Assembly (NCBI GenBank): GCA_005880605.1
Contig: VBIS01000160.1
Location: 10,180-74,179 of the forward strand
Length of the DNA: 64,000 nt
Source: Chloroflexota bacterium
GTDB lineage: Bacteria > Chloroflexota > Dormibacteria > CF-121
Direction of reading: 5' to 3'
The position numbers were made by a program, and so were the translations under genes. The first letter of the stretch is position 1. The number at the start of each line of letters is the position of its first letter. The notes under the pieces were generated by a model. That model searched no databases and had not been told where the DNA came from. It worked only from the letters and a program-made list of their open reading frames with translations. Positions 42,978 through 57,930 of the stretch are shown here, in pieces.

Positions 42978-44814
42978 GTTTCGGTCATTCTTCCCGCAGA
43001 ACGCCGTCGAGTACTTTGTCAGCTACTACGACTATTACCAACCGGAGGCCTACATCCCCCGGAGCGATACCTACATCGAGAAAGACTCCTCGCGAAACGA
43101 TGAGATCGACCGGCTCCGCCAGTCCGCCACGCGGGCGCTGCTAACCCGCCCCGATGTCATCGTCGTGGCCAGCGTGTCGTGCATCTACGGCGTCGGGTCG
43201 CCCGAGGACTACCTCGGCGAGTCCGTCGAGATCCATGCCGGTGAGGGATTCCGTCGCGACATCTTTCTTCGCAAGCTGACCAATCTGCAGTACCAGCGCA
43301 ATGACGTGGACTTCGGGCGCTCGCGTTTCCGCGTTCGCGGCGACACCGTCGACGTCCAGCCGTCCTACGACCAGATCGCGACACGGATCCAGTTCAACGG
43401 CGACGAGGTGGAGCGGATCGTCCAGCTCGACCCGCTGACCGGCGAGGTCATCGGCGACGTCGAGTCGTTCCAGGTTTTCCCGGCCACCCACTACGTAACG
43501 CCGCGGGAGAAGTTGTTGCGGGCGCTCGACGCCATCAGCGAGGAGCTCGAGGAACGGGTTGCTTGGTTCGAGAGCCAGGGCAAGCTGCTCGAGGCCCAGC
43601 GGCTTCGGCAGCGGACCATGTTCGACCTGGAGATGATGCGGGAGACCGGCAGCTGTGCCGGCATCGAGAACTACTCGCGGCACCTCACCGGCCGGCGTCC
43701 CGGGCAGGAGCCCTACACCCTGATGGACTTTCTTCCCAAGGACACACTGATCGTCGTCGACGAGTCCCACGTCGGGGTGCCGCAGATCGGCGGCATGTAC
43801 GGCGGTGACCGGTCCCGCAAGATCCCCCTGGTCGATTACGGCTTCCGGCTGCCGTCCGCGCTTGACAACCGGCCGTTGACGTTTGCCGAATGGGAACGAA
43901 AGGTACAACAGGTGGTCTACGTCACCGCCACGCCAGGTCCGTACGAGCAAGAGCGCTCCCAGCAAACGGTCGAGGTGGTGATCCGGCCCACGGGTCTCGT
44001 CGATCCCACGGTCGAGGTACGCCCGACCACCGGCCAGATCGACAACTTGCTGGGGGAGATCCACAAGCAAGTCGACAAGAAGCAGCGCACGCTGATCACC
44101 GTGCTGACGAAGAAGATGGCGGAAGACATGACGGACTATCTGCGGGAAATGGGCATCAAGGTGAACTACCTCCACTCCGATGTCGATACGCTGGAGCGGG
44201 TCGAGATTCTGCGCGACCTGCGGCTGGGCGTCTACGACGTGCTGGTCGGCATCAACCTGCTCCGGGAAGGCCTCGACCTGCCAGAGGTCGCCTTGATCGC
44301 GATCCTGGACGCCGACAAAGAGAGCTACATGCGCGACGCGCGCTCCCTGATCCAGACGATCGGGCGGGCGGCGCGCAACGTCGAAGGGCACGTCATCCTG
44401 TACGCGGACGGCATCAGCGGCTCGATGCAGCGAGCCATGGACGAGACGGAGCGCCGGCGCAACCTCCAGATCGCCTACAACGAGGAGCACGGCATTACGC
44501 CGGCCACCATCATCAAGGCGGTGTACAACCTGGAGCGGCAGCAATCTCGAGCCATCGAAGACACGATCGCCACGCTGGCGTCCGGGCTGCCTCCAGACGA
44601 GATCGAGCGCTTGATCAAAGATCTGGAGCGTCAGATGAAGAAGGCGGCCCGCGACCTGCAGTTCGAACGCGCCGCCGAGCTACGCGACCGGCTGGTGGCG
44701 CTGCGCCGCGATGCCATGGAATATCGAGACTCGCTGCCGCCGGCGGCCGCCGCCGAGTCGGGCCAGTGGCACAAGCCCAAGACCAGTCGCATGAGGGCGA
44801 AGGTTCGTGGCTGA
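42754..44814 (+). CDS. uvrB: Excinuclease ABC subunit B.
   Basis: [18 protein letters not shown]...GVTGSGKT and helicase motifs. Confidence 0.9.
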   Translation: MPKFSFTAGFSPAGGQPEAIQKLAEGVEKGQKHQVLQGVTGSGKTMVVAQMIQEIQRPTLVMSPNKTLAAQLCSEFRSFFPQNAVEYFVSYYDYYQPEAYIPRSDTYIEKDSSRNDEIDRLRQSATRALLTRPDVIVVASVSCIYGVGSPEDYLGESVEIHAGEGFRRDIFLRKLTNLQYQRNDVDFGRSRFRVRGDTVDVQPSYDQIATRIQFNGDEVERIVQLDPLTGEVIGDVESFQVFPATHYVTPREKLLRALDAISEELEERVAWFESQGKLLEAQRLRQRTMFDLEMMRETGSCAGIENYSRHLTGRRPGQEPYTLMDFLPKDTLIVVDESHVGVPQIGGMYGGDRSRKIPLVDYGFRLPSALDNRPLTFAEWERKVQQVVYVTATPGPYEQERSQQTVEVVIRPTGLVDPTVEVRPTTGQIDNLLGEIHKQVDKKQRTLITVLTKKMAEDMTDYLREMGIKVNYLHSDVDTLERVEILRDLRLGVYDVLVGINLLREGLDLPEVALIAILDADKESYMRDARSLIQTIGRAARNVEGHVILYADGISGSMQRAMDETERRRNLQIAYNEEHGITPATIIKAVYNLERQQSRAIEDTIATLASGLPPDEIERLIKDLERQMKKAARDLQFERAAELRDRLVALRRDAMEYRDSLPPAAAAESGQWHKPKTSRMRAKVRG

Positions 44815-47671
44815 CAAGAAGGCCCCCAGGGGGCAGCACACCGAGATCGTCATCCGGGGCGCGCGCGAGCACAACCTGAAGGACGTCGACCTCACCATCC
44901 CGCGGGACAAGCTGGTGGTCTTCACCGGGCTCTCCGGCTCGGGCAAGTCGTCACTGGCCTTCGACACCATCTACGCCGAAGGACAGCGCCGCTACGTCGA
45001 GTCCCTGTCGTCCTACGCCCGCCAGTTCCTCGGCCAGATGGACAAGCCCGACGTCGATCAGATCGACGGGCTGTCGCCCGCCATCTCGATCGACCAGAAA
45101 GGAACCAGCCATAACCCGCGGTCGACGGTCGGCACCGTCACCGAGATCTACGACTACATGCGCCTGATGTGGGCCCGGATCGGCCACCCGCACTGCCCGA
45201 TCAGCGGCCACGAGATCACGCGCCAGACGACCGAGCAGATTGCCGACAAAGTCATGGAGCTACCTGCCGGGAGCCGGGTGATGATCCTGGCGCCGGTCAT
45301 CCGCGACCGTAAGGGCGAGCACCATGACGTGCTGTCCGAGGCGCGCAAGTCGGGCTTCGTCCGGGCCCGCGTCGACGGCAACCTCTATGAGCTGACCGAG
45401 CGGGTCCCGCTCGACAAGAACAAGAAGCACAACCTCGAGATCGTGGTGGACCGGCTGGTGATCGACAAGCAGGGCATCAGCCGGTTGCGCGAGTCGGTGG
45501 AGACCGCGGCCAAGATGGCCTCGGGCCTGGTGCTGGTCGTGCCCAGCGACGGTAAGGGTGAGGAGCAGCTCTTCAGCCAGAATTTCGCCTGCCCTCATGA
45601 CGGCTTCTCCATGGAAGAGCCCGCGCCCCGGAATTTTTCCTTCAACAACCCGCACGGCGCCTGCCCGGCGTGCACCGGGCTGGGCAGCAAGCTCGAAATC
45701 GATCCCGACCTCGTCATCCCGGACAAGAACCGGCCGCTCAGCGATGGTGCGATTCGCTCCCTGGGCCGCTCGTCGTATTTCTACAACGACCTGGTCGAGG
45801 CGGTCGCCAATCGCTACAAGATCCCGATGGACAAGCCGTTCGGCAAGCTCACCGTCAAAGAGCGGCAGATCATCCTCTACGGCAACAACGGCGATCCGCT
45901 GCGGGTGAGGTACCAGACGAGCGAGGGACAGCGGCGCTGGTACGAGACCTCTTACGAGGGCATTATTCCCAACCTCGAGCGCCGGCATCGAGAGACCGAG
46001 TCCGAGTTCATCCGCGCGGAGATCGAGCGGCTGATGACGCCGCGGCCGTGCCCCGTGTGCAAAGGGAAGCGGCTCAAGCCCGAATTCCTGGCGGTGACGG
46101 TTACCGATCGCTCGATCATGGACGTCTGCGACCTCTCGATCACGGGTGCCCAGGATTGGTTTAGCAAGCTCCGGCTCTCGGAGCGCGAGCTCCTGATCGC
46201 CCGCGCCATCCTGAAGGAGATCCGCGAGCGGCTTCAATTCCTCGTCGACGTCGGCCTCGACTACCTGAGTCTGGCCCGCGCCGCCGACTCACTCTCGGGC
46301 GGGGAGGCGCAGCGGATCCGGCTCGCCACCCAGATCGGGTCCAAGCTGATGGGTGTCCTCTACATTCTCGATGAGCCGTCGATCGGGCTGCATCAGCGCG
46401 ACAATCGAAAGCTGATCACCACGCTGCTGGCGCTGCGAGACATCGGCAACACGGTGGTCGTCATCGAGCACGACGAAGAGACGATGCGGACAGCCGACTT
46501 CATCGTCGATATCGGGCCCGGCGCCGGCGAGCACGGCGGGAAGATCGTCGCCACCGGGACGTTCGACGATATTTTGAAATCGCCCGAATCGATCACCGGG
46601 GCGTTCCTGCGCGGCGAGCGATCGATCCCATTGCCGACGCGGCGCCGCAAGGGAAACGGGCAAATGCTGGTCGTCCGCGGAGCAACTGAAAACAACTTGA
46701 AGAACATCGACGTCTACTTTCCATTGGGCAAACTGATCTGCGTGTCCGGGGTCAGCGGCTCGGGCAAGAGCACGCTGGTGAGCGACATTCTGTACCGGCG
46801 CCTGGCGCAGCACTTCTATCGCGCCAAAGACCGCCCGGGTGCCGCCCGCGAGGTTTCCGGCCTGGGCTTCGTCGACAAGGTGATCAATGTCGACCAGTCG
46901 CCGATCGGGCGGACGCCCCGCTCCAACCCGGCGACCTACACCGGCGTCTTCACCTATATCCGCGAGCTGTTTTCCGAAATGCCCGAGGCGAAGGTGCGCG
47001 GCTACAAGCCGGGCCGGTTCAGCTTCAACGTCAAGGGCGGCCGCTGCGAAAACTGCGAAGGCGACGGCATCATCAAGATCGAGATGCACTTCTTGCCGGA
47101 CGTCTACGTCCCTTGCGAAGTCTGCAAGGGCAAGCGCTATAACCAGGAGGCGCTCGAGGTCACCTATCGCGGCAAAACCATCGCCGACGTGCTGGACATG
47201 AGCGTCGAGGAGGCGACCGCGTTCTTCGATCGGATTCCGAAGATCAAGCGCAAGCTGCAAACGCTCTGTGAGGTCGGTCTTGGCTATATCCGGCTCGGAC
47301 AGCCGGCGACGCAGCTGTCGGGTGGCGAGGCACAGCGGGTCAAGCTGACCGAAGAACTCAGCCGGCGTGATACGGGGAAGACCTTCTATATCCTTGATGA
47401 GCCGACCACCGGCCTGCACTTCGCCGACATCGAGCGGCTGCTGAACGTCCTGCATCGCCTGGTCGACGCTGGCAACACCGTGGTCGTCATCGAGCACAAC
47501 CTCGACGTGCTCAAGACCGCCGATCACATCATCGACCTCGGCCCGGAAGGCGGGGACAAAGGCGGCGAAGTCGTCGCCGCCGGCACCCCGGAAGAGATCG
47601 TGCGCAACCGCCGGTCCTACACGGGCCAATACCTCAAGCGTGTCCTCGACCCGGAGCTCGCGATAGCCTAA
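44807..47671 (+). CDS. uvrA: Excinuclease ABC subunit A.
   Basis: Two ABC ATPase modules ([23 protein letters not shown]; [11 protein letters not shown]) and zinc fingers. Confidence 0.9.
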   Translation: MADKKAPRGQHTEIVIRGAREHNLKDVDLTIPRDKLVVFTGLSGSGKSSLAFDTIYAEGQRRYVESLSSYARQFLGQMDKPDVDQIDGLSPAISIDQKGTSHNPRSTVGTVTEIYDYMRLMWARIGHPHCPISGHEITRQTTEQIADKVMELPAGSRVMILAPVIRDRKGEHHDVLSEARKSGFVRARVDGNLYELTERVPLDKNKKHNLEIVVDRLVIDKQGISRLRESVETAAKMASGLVLVVPSDGKGEEQLFSQNFACPHDGFSMEEPAPRNFSFNNPHGACPACTGLGSKLEIDPDLVIPDKNRPLSDGAIRSLGRSSYFYNDLVEAVANRYKIPMDKPFGKLTVKERQIILYGNNGDPLRVRYQTSEGQRRWYETSYEGIIPNLERRHRETESEFIRAEIERLMTPRPCPVCKGKRLKPEFLAVTVTDRSIMDVCDLSITGAQDWFSKLRLSERELLIARAILKEIRERLQFLVDVGLDYLSLARAADSLSGGEAQRIRLATQIGSKLMGVLYILDEPSIGLHQRDNRKLITTLLALRDIGNTVVVIEHDEETMRTADFIVDIGPGAGEHGGKIVATGTFDDILKSPESITGAFLRGERSIPLPTRRRKGNGQMLVVRGATENNLKNIDVYFPLGKLICVSGVSGSGKSTLVSDILYRRLAQHFYRAKDRPGAAREVSGLGFVDKVINVDQSPIGRTPRSNPATYTGVFTYIRELFSEMPEAKVRGYKPGRFSFNVKGGRCENCEGDGIIKIEMHFLPDVYVPCEVCKGKRYNQEALEVTYRGKTIADVLDMSVEEATAFFDRIPKIKRKLQTLCEVGLGYIRLGQPATQLSGGEAQRVKLTEELSRRDTGKTFYILDEPTTGLHFADIERLLNVLHRLVDAGNTVVVIEHNLDVLKTADHIIDLGPEGGDKGGEVVAAGTPEEIVRNRRSYTGQYLKRVLDPELAIA

Positions 47672-47675
47672 GGAC

Positions 47676-49547
47676 GTGGCGACCGCGACCCAGAAGGCAA
47701 CTCCGATCACGGAGCGGCCGGAATATCTTCGAGAACGATTGAAGGCCCTGCCGGAGACGCCGGGCGTCTATCTGATGCGCGACGCCCAGGGCCGGGTGAT
47801 CTACGCCGGCAAGGCGCTCAGCCTGCGTAACCGGGTGCCCAACTATTTCCAGGCCTCAAGCGTCCTGCCAGAGCACATTGCGGCCATGGTCGAGCGCGTC
47901 TACGAGTTCGAGGTGATCACCACCGCGAACGAGAAGGAAGCCCTGGTGCTCGAGCAGACGATGATCAAGCGGCATCGTCCTCGGTTCAACATCCGCCTCC
48001 GGGATGACAAGAACTATCTCTACATCAAATTGCCCTTGAACGAGGATTTCCCGCGCATCACGCTGGTTCGCCGGCCGGGCAACGACGGCGCCCGGTACTG
48101 GGGCCCGTACACGCATGCGATCGCGCTGCGGACGACGCTGAAGACGGTCCGTCGCGTCATCCCCTATCGGAGCTGCAAAGACTCGGAGTTCGCGCTCGGA
48201 CGCCCCTGCTTTTACTTTCACTTGAATCTCTGCTCGGCGCCGTGCGCGGGCTTCATCAACCGCGAGGACTACCACGAGCAGCTGAACCAGGTGGCCAGCT
48301 TCCTCGACGGCCGCTCCGACCACGTCGCCAAGCGGCTCAAGGAACAGATGCAGGCCGCGGCTGACAAGCTCGAGTACGAGGCCGCGGCTCGCTACCGGGA
48401 TCGCCTTGACGCAATGGAGCGAATGGCGGAACGGCAGAAAGTGCTGGCCATGGGCCGCTACGACCAGGATCTCTTCGGACTGGCGCGGGCGGACGGCCAG
48501 GGATCGGTCCGGGTGTTCAGCGTGCGCGAGGGGAGACTGTCCGGCTCCGAGAACTTCGATCTCGTCGGCCTCGACAAGGATCAGACCGACGCCGACATCC
48601 TGAATGCCTTTGTCAGCCAGTACTACGTGAACGCGACCCACATCCCGAAAGAGGTCTTCGTCCCGGCCTCGCTCCCCGACCGTGAGCTGATCGAGCAATG
48701 GCTCACCGAGCGCCGCGGGAGCAACGTGACCGTTCGGGTTCCGCAGCGCGGCAAGCAGCGGGAGCTACTGCAGCAGGCCGCCGCCAACGCGCAGGAAACG
48801 ATGCGCCAGTTGCGCATCAAGCTGGACTACGATGCCGACCGCACGGCCTCGCTGCTCAACGACCTGCAGACGCGGCTGGCGCTGCCGACCCTCCCGATCC
48901 GGATCGAGTGCTACGACATTTCCAATATCCAGGGCAAGTACCCGGTCGGCTCGATGGTTGTCTTCGAGGATGGCCGACCCAAACCGGCCCACTATCGGCA
49001 CTTCAAGATCAAGACGGTCCAGGGCGCGAATGACTTCGCCATGCTGCAGGAGGTGCTCCGCCGGCGCTTCAGCCGGCATGCCCGGTCCGAGGAGGGAATC
49101 CCGGAGGAGCCCAGCTTCAGCCACCTGCCCGACCTGGTCCTGATCGACGGCGGCAAGGGCCAGCTGTCGGCCGCGCGCGAGGTGATGGAGGCGATGGGGC
49201 TCGCCTCGGTGTCGACCTTCGGCCTGGCCAAGGAGCAGGAGGAGCTGTTCCAACCCGGCCAGAGCGAGCCCATCCGTCTCCCGATCGACTCGGAGGCGCT
49301 CTTCCTGGTGCAGCGGGTCCGGGACGAGGCGCATCGTTTTGCCATCACCTTTCACCGGGTGGTCCGCAAGAAGGACGCTTTTGCCTCGGTGCTGGACGGC
49401 ATCACCGGCCTGGGTCCGGTCCGGCGCCGGGCGCTGCTCCGCCACTTCGGCGGCATCGACAACATCCGAAACGCGACGGTCGAGGAGCTGATGGCGGTCA
49501 AGGGCATCATCCGGCCGGTGGCGGTCGCCATCAAGGAGATGCTCTGA
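47676..49547 (+). CDS. uvrC: Excinuclease ABC subunit C.
   Basis: GIY-YIG domain ([19 protein letters not shown]), a UvrBC domain and an RNase H-like endonuclease domain. Confidence 0.9.
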   Translation: MATATQKATPITERPEYLRERLKALPETPGVYLMRDAQGRVIYAGKALSLRNRVPNYFQASSVLPEHIAAMVERVYEFEVITTANEKEALVLEQTMIKRHRPRFNIRLRDDKNYLYIKLPLNEDFPRITLVRRPGNDGARYWGPYTHAIALRTTLKTVRRVIPYRSCKDSEFALGRPCFYFHLNLCSAPCAGFINREDYHEQLNQVASFLDGRSDHVAKRLKEQMQAAADKLEYEAAARYRDRLDAMERMAERQKVLAMGRYDQDLFGLARADGQGSVRVFSVREGRLSGSENFDLVGLDKDQTDADILNAFVSQYYVNATHIPKEVFVPASLPDRELIEQWLTERRGSNVTVRVPQRGKQRELLQQAAANAQETMRQLRIKLDYDADRTASLLNDLQTRLALPTLPIRIECYDISNIQGKYPVGSMVVFEDGRPKPAHYRHFKIKTVQGANDFAMLQEVLRRRFSRHARSEEGIPEEPSFSHLPDLVLIDGGKGQLSAAREVMEAMGLASVSTFGLAKEQEELFQPGQSEPIRLPIDSEALFLVQRVRDEAHRFAITFHRVVRKKDAFASVLDGITGLGPVRRRALLRHFGGIDNIRNATVEELMAVKGIIRPVAVAIKEML

Positions 49548-49551
49548 GATA

Positions 49552-49782
49552 ATGCGGGCCGTGGATCGGCCGGCCCGCCGTTGCTCGTTTTGTGGCAAGA
49601 AGCAGGGTGAGGTGCGGCTGGTGGCCGGCCCCAGCGACGTCTATATCTGCAACCTCTGTGTCGCCCTCTGCAACGAGATCCTGGCTCACGACGTCCCACC
49701 AGAGCGGCCTGAGCCGCCCGGGTCCCCGGGAAAGCGGTCCGGACGGGGGCCCCTCATCGTGACCGAGGTCACCTCCGGCTAG
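49552..49782 (+). CDS. Stand-alone ClpX-type C4 zinc-finger domain protein (76 aa).
   Basis: [34 protein letters not shown] matches the ClpX N-terminal zinc-binding domain (CSFCGK...KLIAGPSVYICDECV.LC). Its ATG is 5 nt after the uvrC stop. Confidence 0.6.
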   Translation: MRAVDRPARRCSFCGKKQGEVRLVAGPSDVYICNLCVALCNEILAHDVPPERPEPPGSPGKRSGRGPLIVTEVTSG

Positions 49783-49852
49783 GTCCGAACCGGCGACCCG
49801 GGCCAAAAGTGGCCGAGGTGCCAGCCATGCCGCCGGTTGGCGTTATAGGGGC

Positions 49853-51610
49853 GTGCCGGACTCGCCGAACCTGTCGAGCGCGCTCGGCGAGACCGTCAAC
49901 CATGGGCGGCAGTTCCTCGCGCGCGTCGAATCGCTCGCCGAGAGCCTCTCTGCCGAGCTGGCCAGTCACGAGGAGGCGAGCCGCCGCTGGGCCGGTGAAC
50001 GGCAGGCGATCAATGCCGAGGCGGAAAAGCTGCGCGCCCAGATCGAGGCCCTCAATGCCACCCTGGCGGACCTGCGCAAGACCGTCCACCTCGTCGAACA
50101 GGAGCGCGACCAGGTGGCCGCCGATCGCGACCAGGCCCGGCAGGCGCGTGAGGTCGCCGAGCGCGACCTTGGCGGGACCCGAGAGCGCCTGGCGGCCGCC
50201 GAACAGGAGGCCACCCGTCGCCAGGCCGAGCTCGCTGGCGTGACCGCCGATCTCGCTCGGCTGCGGGACCAACTCGGCGTCGTGACCAAGGACCGGGACG
50301 CCCTGCAGGCCGACCAGATTCAGTGGGGCCTGGACCGGGAGCAGTTGCTCGGCGAGCAAGCGCGCATGAAGGAGCGCTTAGCTGACGTCGACCGCGACCT
50401 CGCGGGTCAGCGGGCCGAATATCAGGCGCTGGTCCAGCGCCATGCCGAGCTGACCGAACAGTCCAACAAGCTGGCAGCCGATTGGGGCGCCCGCCGGCAG
50501 GCGCTAGCGGCCGAGATCCATGCCCAGGGCGAAGAAATGGAGCAGGTACGTAAATTGCTCCAGGAGAGCCAGGAGCGCGAGCGGCGCGTGGTCGGCCTGC
50601 CGCAGGCGACGTCGGTGGCCGGGGCGGCCAGCCCCGAGCAGAGTCACCTCATCAACTCGCGACTCAACGCGCTGGTCGGCTTTTCCAGCGTCTTGCTCGA
50701 CGAGCGGGCGCATCCGCTCAGTGTCGAGGAGCGTCGCGAGTACCTCAAGTATCTGCACGACAGCGCCATCAAGCTGACCGAGACGGTACGCGCCTTGACC
50801 GGCACCCATGCCCCCGCGGACGTCGCCCCGGCTGTCGACCGGGAACGCCGGCCGCCTGACATCCTGGTCGCCGACAACGACCCATCGTCGCGTCAGCGGA
50901 TCGAGCCCTTCCTCAAGCGGGCCGGCTACGAAGTCGTCTATGTCGAGAATGGCCCGCGCGCCCTCGAGAAGGCATCCCACCTTCAACCCCTCGCCATCCT
51001 CATCGACGCACAGCTGCCGCCAAGCGGCGCGCCCGCGCTCGTCCGCGAGTTGCGCAAGGATCCCCGTACCCGCGATATCCCGCTGGTGCTGCTGGTGGCC
51101 CCCGACGCCCCGGCGGTGACGATGGCCGATTGCGAGGTGCTGGTCAAGCCGATCGATCGGCAGCAGCTCGTCCAGCTGATGGTGCGATTCGACCTGATGG
51201 CGGACGGCAAGGTGGCGAAGAAGATGCCCGCCAACCTGCTGGTGATCGACGACGATGCCCAGGCGGTCAGCCTGGTCAAAGCGATCCTGAAGCCGTATAA
51301 CGTCCGGGTCAGCTCGGTCGATAACGCGCGGGCTGGGATCGAGCAGGCGTTGCGCAATAAGCCTGACCTGGTGATTCTTGACCTCGTGATGCCGGGGGTC
51401 GACGGCTTCGAGGTGATCGCCGCCCTGCGCCGCGACAAGGAAATGAGCCGGGTGCCGATCCTGGTTCACACCGCCAAGACGCTGACACCCGAGGACCGGC
51501 AGCGGCTCGAGGGCAAAGTTGAATCGATCGTCGAGAAGGCGGAATTCCAGCCAGAACGCTTCCTGGAACTCCTGCTGAAGCGCGGCGAACGCCGCAAGCG
51601 CGCCGCTTAG
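49853..51610 (+). CDS. Signalling protein with a long N-terminal coiled coil, a HisKA/DHp-like domain, two receiver (REC) domains and no HATPase domain.
   Basis: Heptad-rich region of ~250 aa. SHLINSRLNALVGFSSVLLDE is HisKA-like and carries the His. REC1 has DILVADND...LAILIDAQLP, and REC2 has LLVIDDD...DLVILDLVMPGVDG...K. Confidence 0.65.
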   Translation: MPDSPNLSSALGETVNHGRQFLARVESLAESLSAELASHEEASRRWAGERQAINAEAEKLRAQIEALNATLADLRKTVHLVEQERDQVAADRDQARQAREVAERDLGGTRERLAAAEQEATRRQAELAGVTADLARLRDQLGVVTKDRDALQADQIQWGLDREQLLGEQARMKERLADVDRDLAGQRAEYQALVQRHAELTEQSNKLAADWGARRQALAAEIHAQGEEMEQVRKLLQESQERERRVVGLPQATSVAGAASPEQSHLINSRLNALVGFSSVLLDERAHPLSVEERREYLKYLHDSAIKLTETVRALTGTHAPADVAPAVDRERRPPDILVADNDPSSRQRIEPFLKRAGYEVVYVENGPRALEKASHLQPLAILIDAQLPPSGAPALVRELRKDPRTRDIPLVLLVAPDAPAVTMADCEVLVKPIDRQQLVQLMVRFDLMADGKVAKKMPANLLVIDDDAQAVSLVKAILKPYNVRVSSVDNARAGIEQALRNKPDLVILDLVMPGVDGFEVIAALRRDKEMSRVPILVHTAKTLTPEDRQRLEGKVESIVEKAEFQPERFLELLLKRGERRKRAA

Positions 51611-52440
51611 CCCGGGACTTCCTCCGCGGTCGGTCGGGCTTCCGCCGGTTGCACCTCGCGAGGGCCGGCAAGGCGTTCCGTGCGCAGCAGGTAGGCAATC
51701 ACGGGGAGCGTGAGCGCGATCACCACGAGCGCGGTCACTTGCGCCTGCTTGAGGCCGCCGAGCACGACGATGTTGTCGCGCAAGAAGAAGATGAAGAACT
51801 GGCTGGCGGAGTAGAGGACGATGTAGATCATGGCCAGCATGCCATCGGGGTGAACCCGGGTACGCAAGTTCCAGAGCAACACGAACAGCGCCAGGCTGAT
51901 CAGCAGCTCATAGAGGCTGGCCGGTTGGACGGGGACGTTGAGGGGCCCGAAGGTGTTGGGGTTGGTGTATTCGAACCCCCAGCCGTTCGTCTTGTAGCCC
52001 ACGATGTCGCCGTTGATGATGTTGCCGATGCGGCCGATCGCCTGGCCGATCGTCATCCCGATCGCCCCGACGTCGAGCAGGCTCCAGAAGGGGATGTGCC
52101 ACCGCCATGAGGAGATCGCCACTGCCACGGCTCCGCCGAACATCGCCCCGAAGAAGGCCATCCCGCCTTGCCACACCGCGATGATCTCGGCCGGGTGGTG
52201 CCAGTAGAAGCTCGGGTTATTCTGGACGACGTAGTAGAGCCGCCCGCCGATGATGCCCAGGACGGCAGCCAGCAGCGCCACGTTCATCAACTGGTCCCGG
52301 CTCATGCCCCGCCGCGTCGCCTCCCGCAAGGCGACCTGGATGGCGACATAGAGGCCAAGCGCGATCATGATCCCGTACCAGTGGATCTTCAGCCCCCCGA
52401 TCGTCACCAGTACCGGATCGATCCCGATCTTGATCAACAC
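51607..52440 (-). CDS. lgt: Prolipoprotein diacylglyceryl transferase.
   Basis: Lgt signature (HWYGIMIALG...GGRLYYV...FFG...GNIINGD). Confidence 0.85.
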   Translation of the reverse strand: MLIKIGIDPVLVTIGGLKIHWYGIMIALGLYVAIQVALREATRRGMSRDQLMNVALLAAVLGIIGGRLYYVVQNNPSFYWHHPAEIIAVWQGGMAFFGAMFGGAVAVAISSWRWHIPFWSLLDVGAIGMTIGQAIGRIGNIINGDIVGYKTNGWGFEYTNPNTFGPLNVPVQPASLYELLISLALFVLLWNLRTRVHPDGMLAMIYIVLYSASQFFIFFLRDNIVVLGGLKQAQVTALVVIALTLPVIAYLLRTERLAGPREVQPAEARPTAEEVPG

Positions 52441-52494
52441 GGCCCCAGTTTACGAGGTCAGGGTTGCAGGATTTCCCGAGGGTAATCTGAGCGC

Positions 52495-55588
<3,094 letters not shown>

Positions 55589-55593
<5 letters not shown>

Positions 55594-56362
55594 GCCGCTC
55601 ATCGCCGGCAACTGGAAGATGCACTTCACCGTTCCCGAGGGGCTGGAGTACGCGCTGCGCCTGCGCCATGACCTCGAGGCGTTTGCGACGCTCGTCGAGC
55701 TGGTGATCCTGCCGCCGGCGGTCATGTTGTGGGAGATTGCCAACGCGCTTCGCGGTTGCCCGGTCGAGGTGGGTGCGCAGAACGCCTCCTGGGAAGACCA
55801 GGGACCGTTCACGGGCGAGATTTCGCCCAAGATGCTGGCTGGGTGGTGCCACCACCTGCTGATCGGACACTCCGAGCGGCGCCAGCTCTTCAACGAGACG
55901 GACGAACAGCTCAACCGAAAGCTGCAGGCGGCGTTCCGCCACAACCTGAAGGTGATCCTGGCTCTGGGCGAGACGCTCGAGGAGCACGATCTCGGCCGGA
56001 CGGAGGAGGTCATCACGCGGCAGCTCAGCGCCGCGCTCTACGGCATCGACGTGAAGCGAGCCATCGACCTGACGCTCGCGTACGAGCCGGTCTGGGCGAT
56101 CGGAACCGGGCGCGCCGCCACCCCCGAGTACGCCGACGAGACGATGGGCATGATCCGCAACCTGCTCGCGGGGAAATTCGGCCAGCTGGCTTCCGAGATT
56201 CGCATTCTTTATGGGGGCAGCGTGAACCCGGCGAACGCGCGAAGCCTGATGGAGAAGCCGGAGATCGATGGGGCGCTGGTTGGCGGCGCCAGCCTGAAGG
56301 CCGCCGACTTCACCGCGATCGTCCAGGCCACGGCCGAGGTCGTCCAGTCGGCGCGAGCGTGA
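55589..56362 (+). CDS. tpiA: Triosephosphate isomerase.
   Basis: MRRPLIAGNWKM, GHSERR and YEPVWAIGTG motifs. The gene overlaps the pgk stop by 5 nt. Confidence 0.9.
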
Positions 56363-57930
56363 ACCCGGCGCCGGGGCGCCCGCTGGTGCTGGTGATCATC
56401 GACGGCTGGGGATACCGCACCGACACTGCCGGCAACGCCATCGCCGCGGCGAAGACGCCGAATTGGGACGCGCTGTGGCAGCGTTGGCCGCATACGACGC
56501 TGGCTGCCGCGGGTGAACCCGTCGGCCTGCCCGAGGGCCAGCAAGGAAACTCCGAGGTCGGACACCTCAACATCGGGGCGGGCCGCATCGTCTACCAGGA
56601 CCTCACCCGGATCAACCTCGCCATCGAGGACAGGAGTTTCTTCAGCAATCCGGTTCTGAGCGCGGCAATGCGGTCGGCCGCGGCGGGCCACGCGTTACAC
56701 CTGATGGGCCTGGTCTCGCCGGGTGGCGTCCACAGCTCAACCCAACATCTCTATGCGCTGCTCCAGATGGCGCATGGACTGGCCGTTCCCCATGTCTTCG
56801 TTCATGCCTTCACCGACGGGCGCGACGAGCCGCCGACCAGCGCGGCCGGCTACATGACCGAGCTCGTCGAGCGCATCGGCTCCGTCGGAAGCGGCCAGGT
56901 GGCCTCGGTCAGCGGCCGCTACTACGCGATGGACCGCGACAAGCGCTGGGACCGGACCGAGCGGGCCTATCGCACCGTGGTCGAGGCGAGTGGACCCACA
57001 GCGCCCGACCCGGTCGCCTTCATCAAACAGAGCTACGACGACGGGATCAACGATGAATTCCTGATGCCAACCCGCATCGTGCCGCCTGGTCAGTCCCCCC
57101 CGCCGCCGATCAGCGATGACGACAGCGTCATCTTCTTCAACTTCCGTCCGGACCGGGCCCGTCAGCTGAGCCACGCCATCGTGGATGACACCTGGGACCA
57201 CTTTGAGCGGCGGCACCGGCCCCGGCTCGCGCATTTCGTGACCTTCACCGAGTACGAGAAAGGCCTGCCGGCCGAGGTCGCTTTTCCCGATGAGCCGTTG
57301 CTCGGGGTATTGGCGGAGGTCGTTGCCGATGCCGGCTGGCAACAGTTCCACACGGCCGAGACGGAGAAATATGCGCACGTGACCTATTTCCTCAACGGCG
57401 GACGTGAGGCGCCGTTTCCTGGCGAGGACCGGCTCCTTATCCCGTCTCCGCGGGTGCCGACCTATGACACCCATCCCGAGATGAGTGCGCGCCCAGTTAC
57501 GGACGAGCTCCTCGACCGGCTGCGCAGCGGACGCTACCGCTTCATCGTCGTCAACTTCGCCAATCCCGACATGGTGGGGCACACCGGCGTCTTCCCGGCG
57601 ACGGTGAAGGCGGTCGAGGTCGTCGATGCCATGCTCGGCCGGATCGCGGACGCCGTGCTTCCAGCCCACGGCATCCTGGCGATCACGGCCGATCACGGCA
57701 ACGCCGAGCTGAAGGTCGACCCCGGCGGCGCGCCGCTGACCGCCCACACGACGAGCCCGGTCCCGTTCATCCTGGCCGGGGACGAGGCCATCCTGGCGCT
57801 CCGGGACGGCGGCAAGCTGGGGGACGTGGCGCCCACGTTGTTACGCGTGGTCGGGCTGCGCACATCGGCGGAGATGACGGGCGACGACCTCACGGCGTTG
57901 ACGTCGCCCAGTCCTGCTCGAGCCGGCTGA
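56359..57930 (+). CDS. gpmI: 2,3-bisphosphoglycerate-independent phosphoglycerate mutase.
   Basis: LVIIDGWG N-terminus and a C-terminal ITADHGN metal-binding motif. GTGA overlap with tpiA. Confidence 0.85.
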   Translation: MNPAPGRPLVLVIIDGWGYRTDTAGNAIAAAKTPNWDALWQRWPHTTLAAAGEPVGLPEGQQGNSEVGHLNIGAGRIVYQDLTRINLAIEDRSFFSNPVLSAAMRSAAAGHALHLMGLVSPGGVHSSTQHLYALLQMAHGLAVPHVFVHAFTDGRDEPPTSAAGYMTELVERIGSVGSGQVASVSGRYYAMDRDKRWDRTERAYRTVVEASGPTAPDPVAFIKQSYDDGINDEFLMPTRIVPPGQSPPPPISDDDSVIFFNFRPDRARQLSHAIVDDTWDHFERRHRPRLAHFVTFTEYEKGLPAEVAFPDEPLLGVLAEVVADAGWQQFHTAETEKYAHVTYFLNGGREAPFPGEDRLLIPSPRVPTYDTHPEMSARPVTDELLDRLRSGRYRFIVVNFANPDMVGHTGVFPATVKAVEVVDAMLGRIADAVLPAHGILAITADHGNAELKVDPGGAPLTAHTTSPVPFILAGDEAILALRDGGKLGDVAPTLLRVVGLRTSAEMTGDDLTALTSPSPARAG

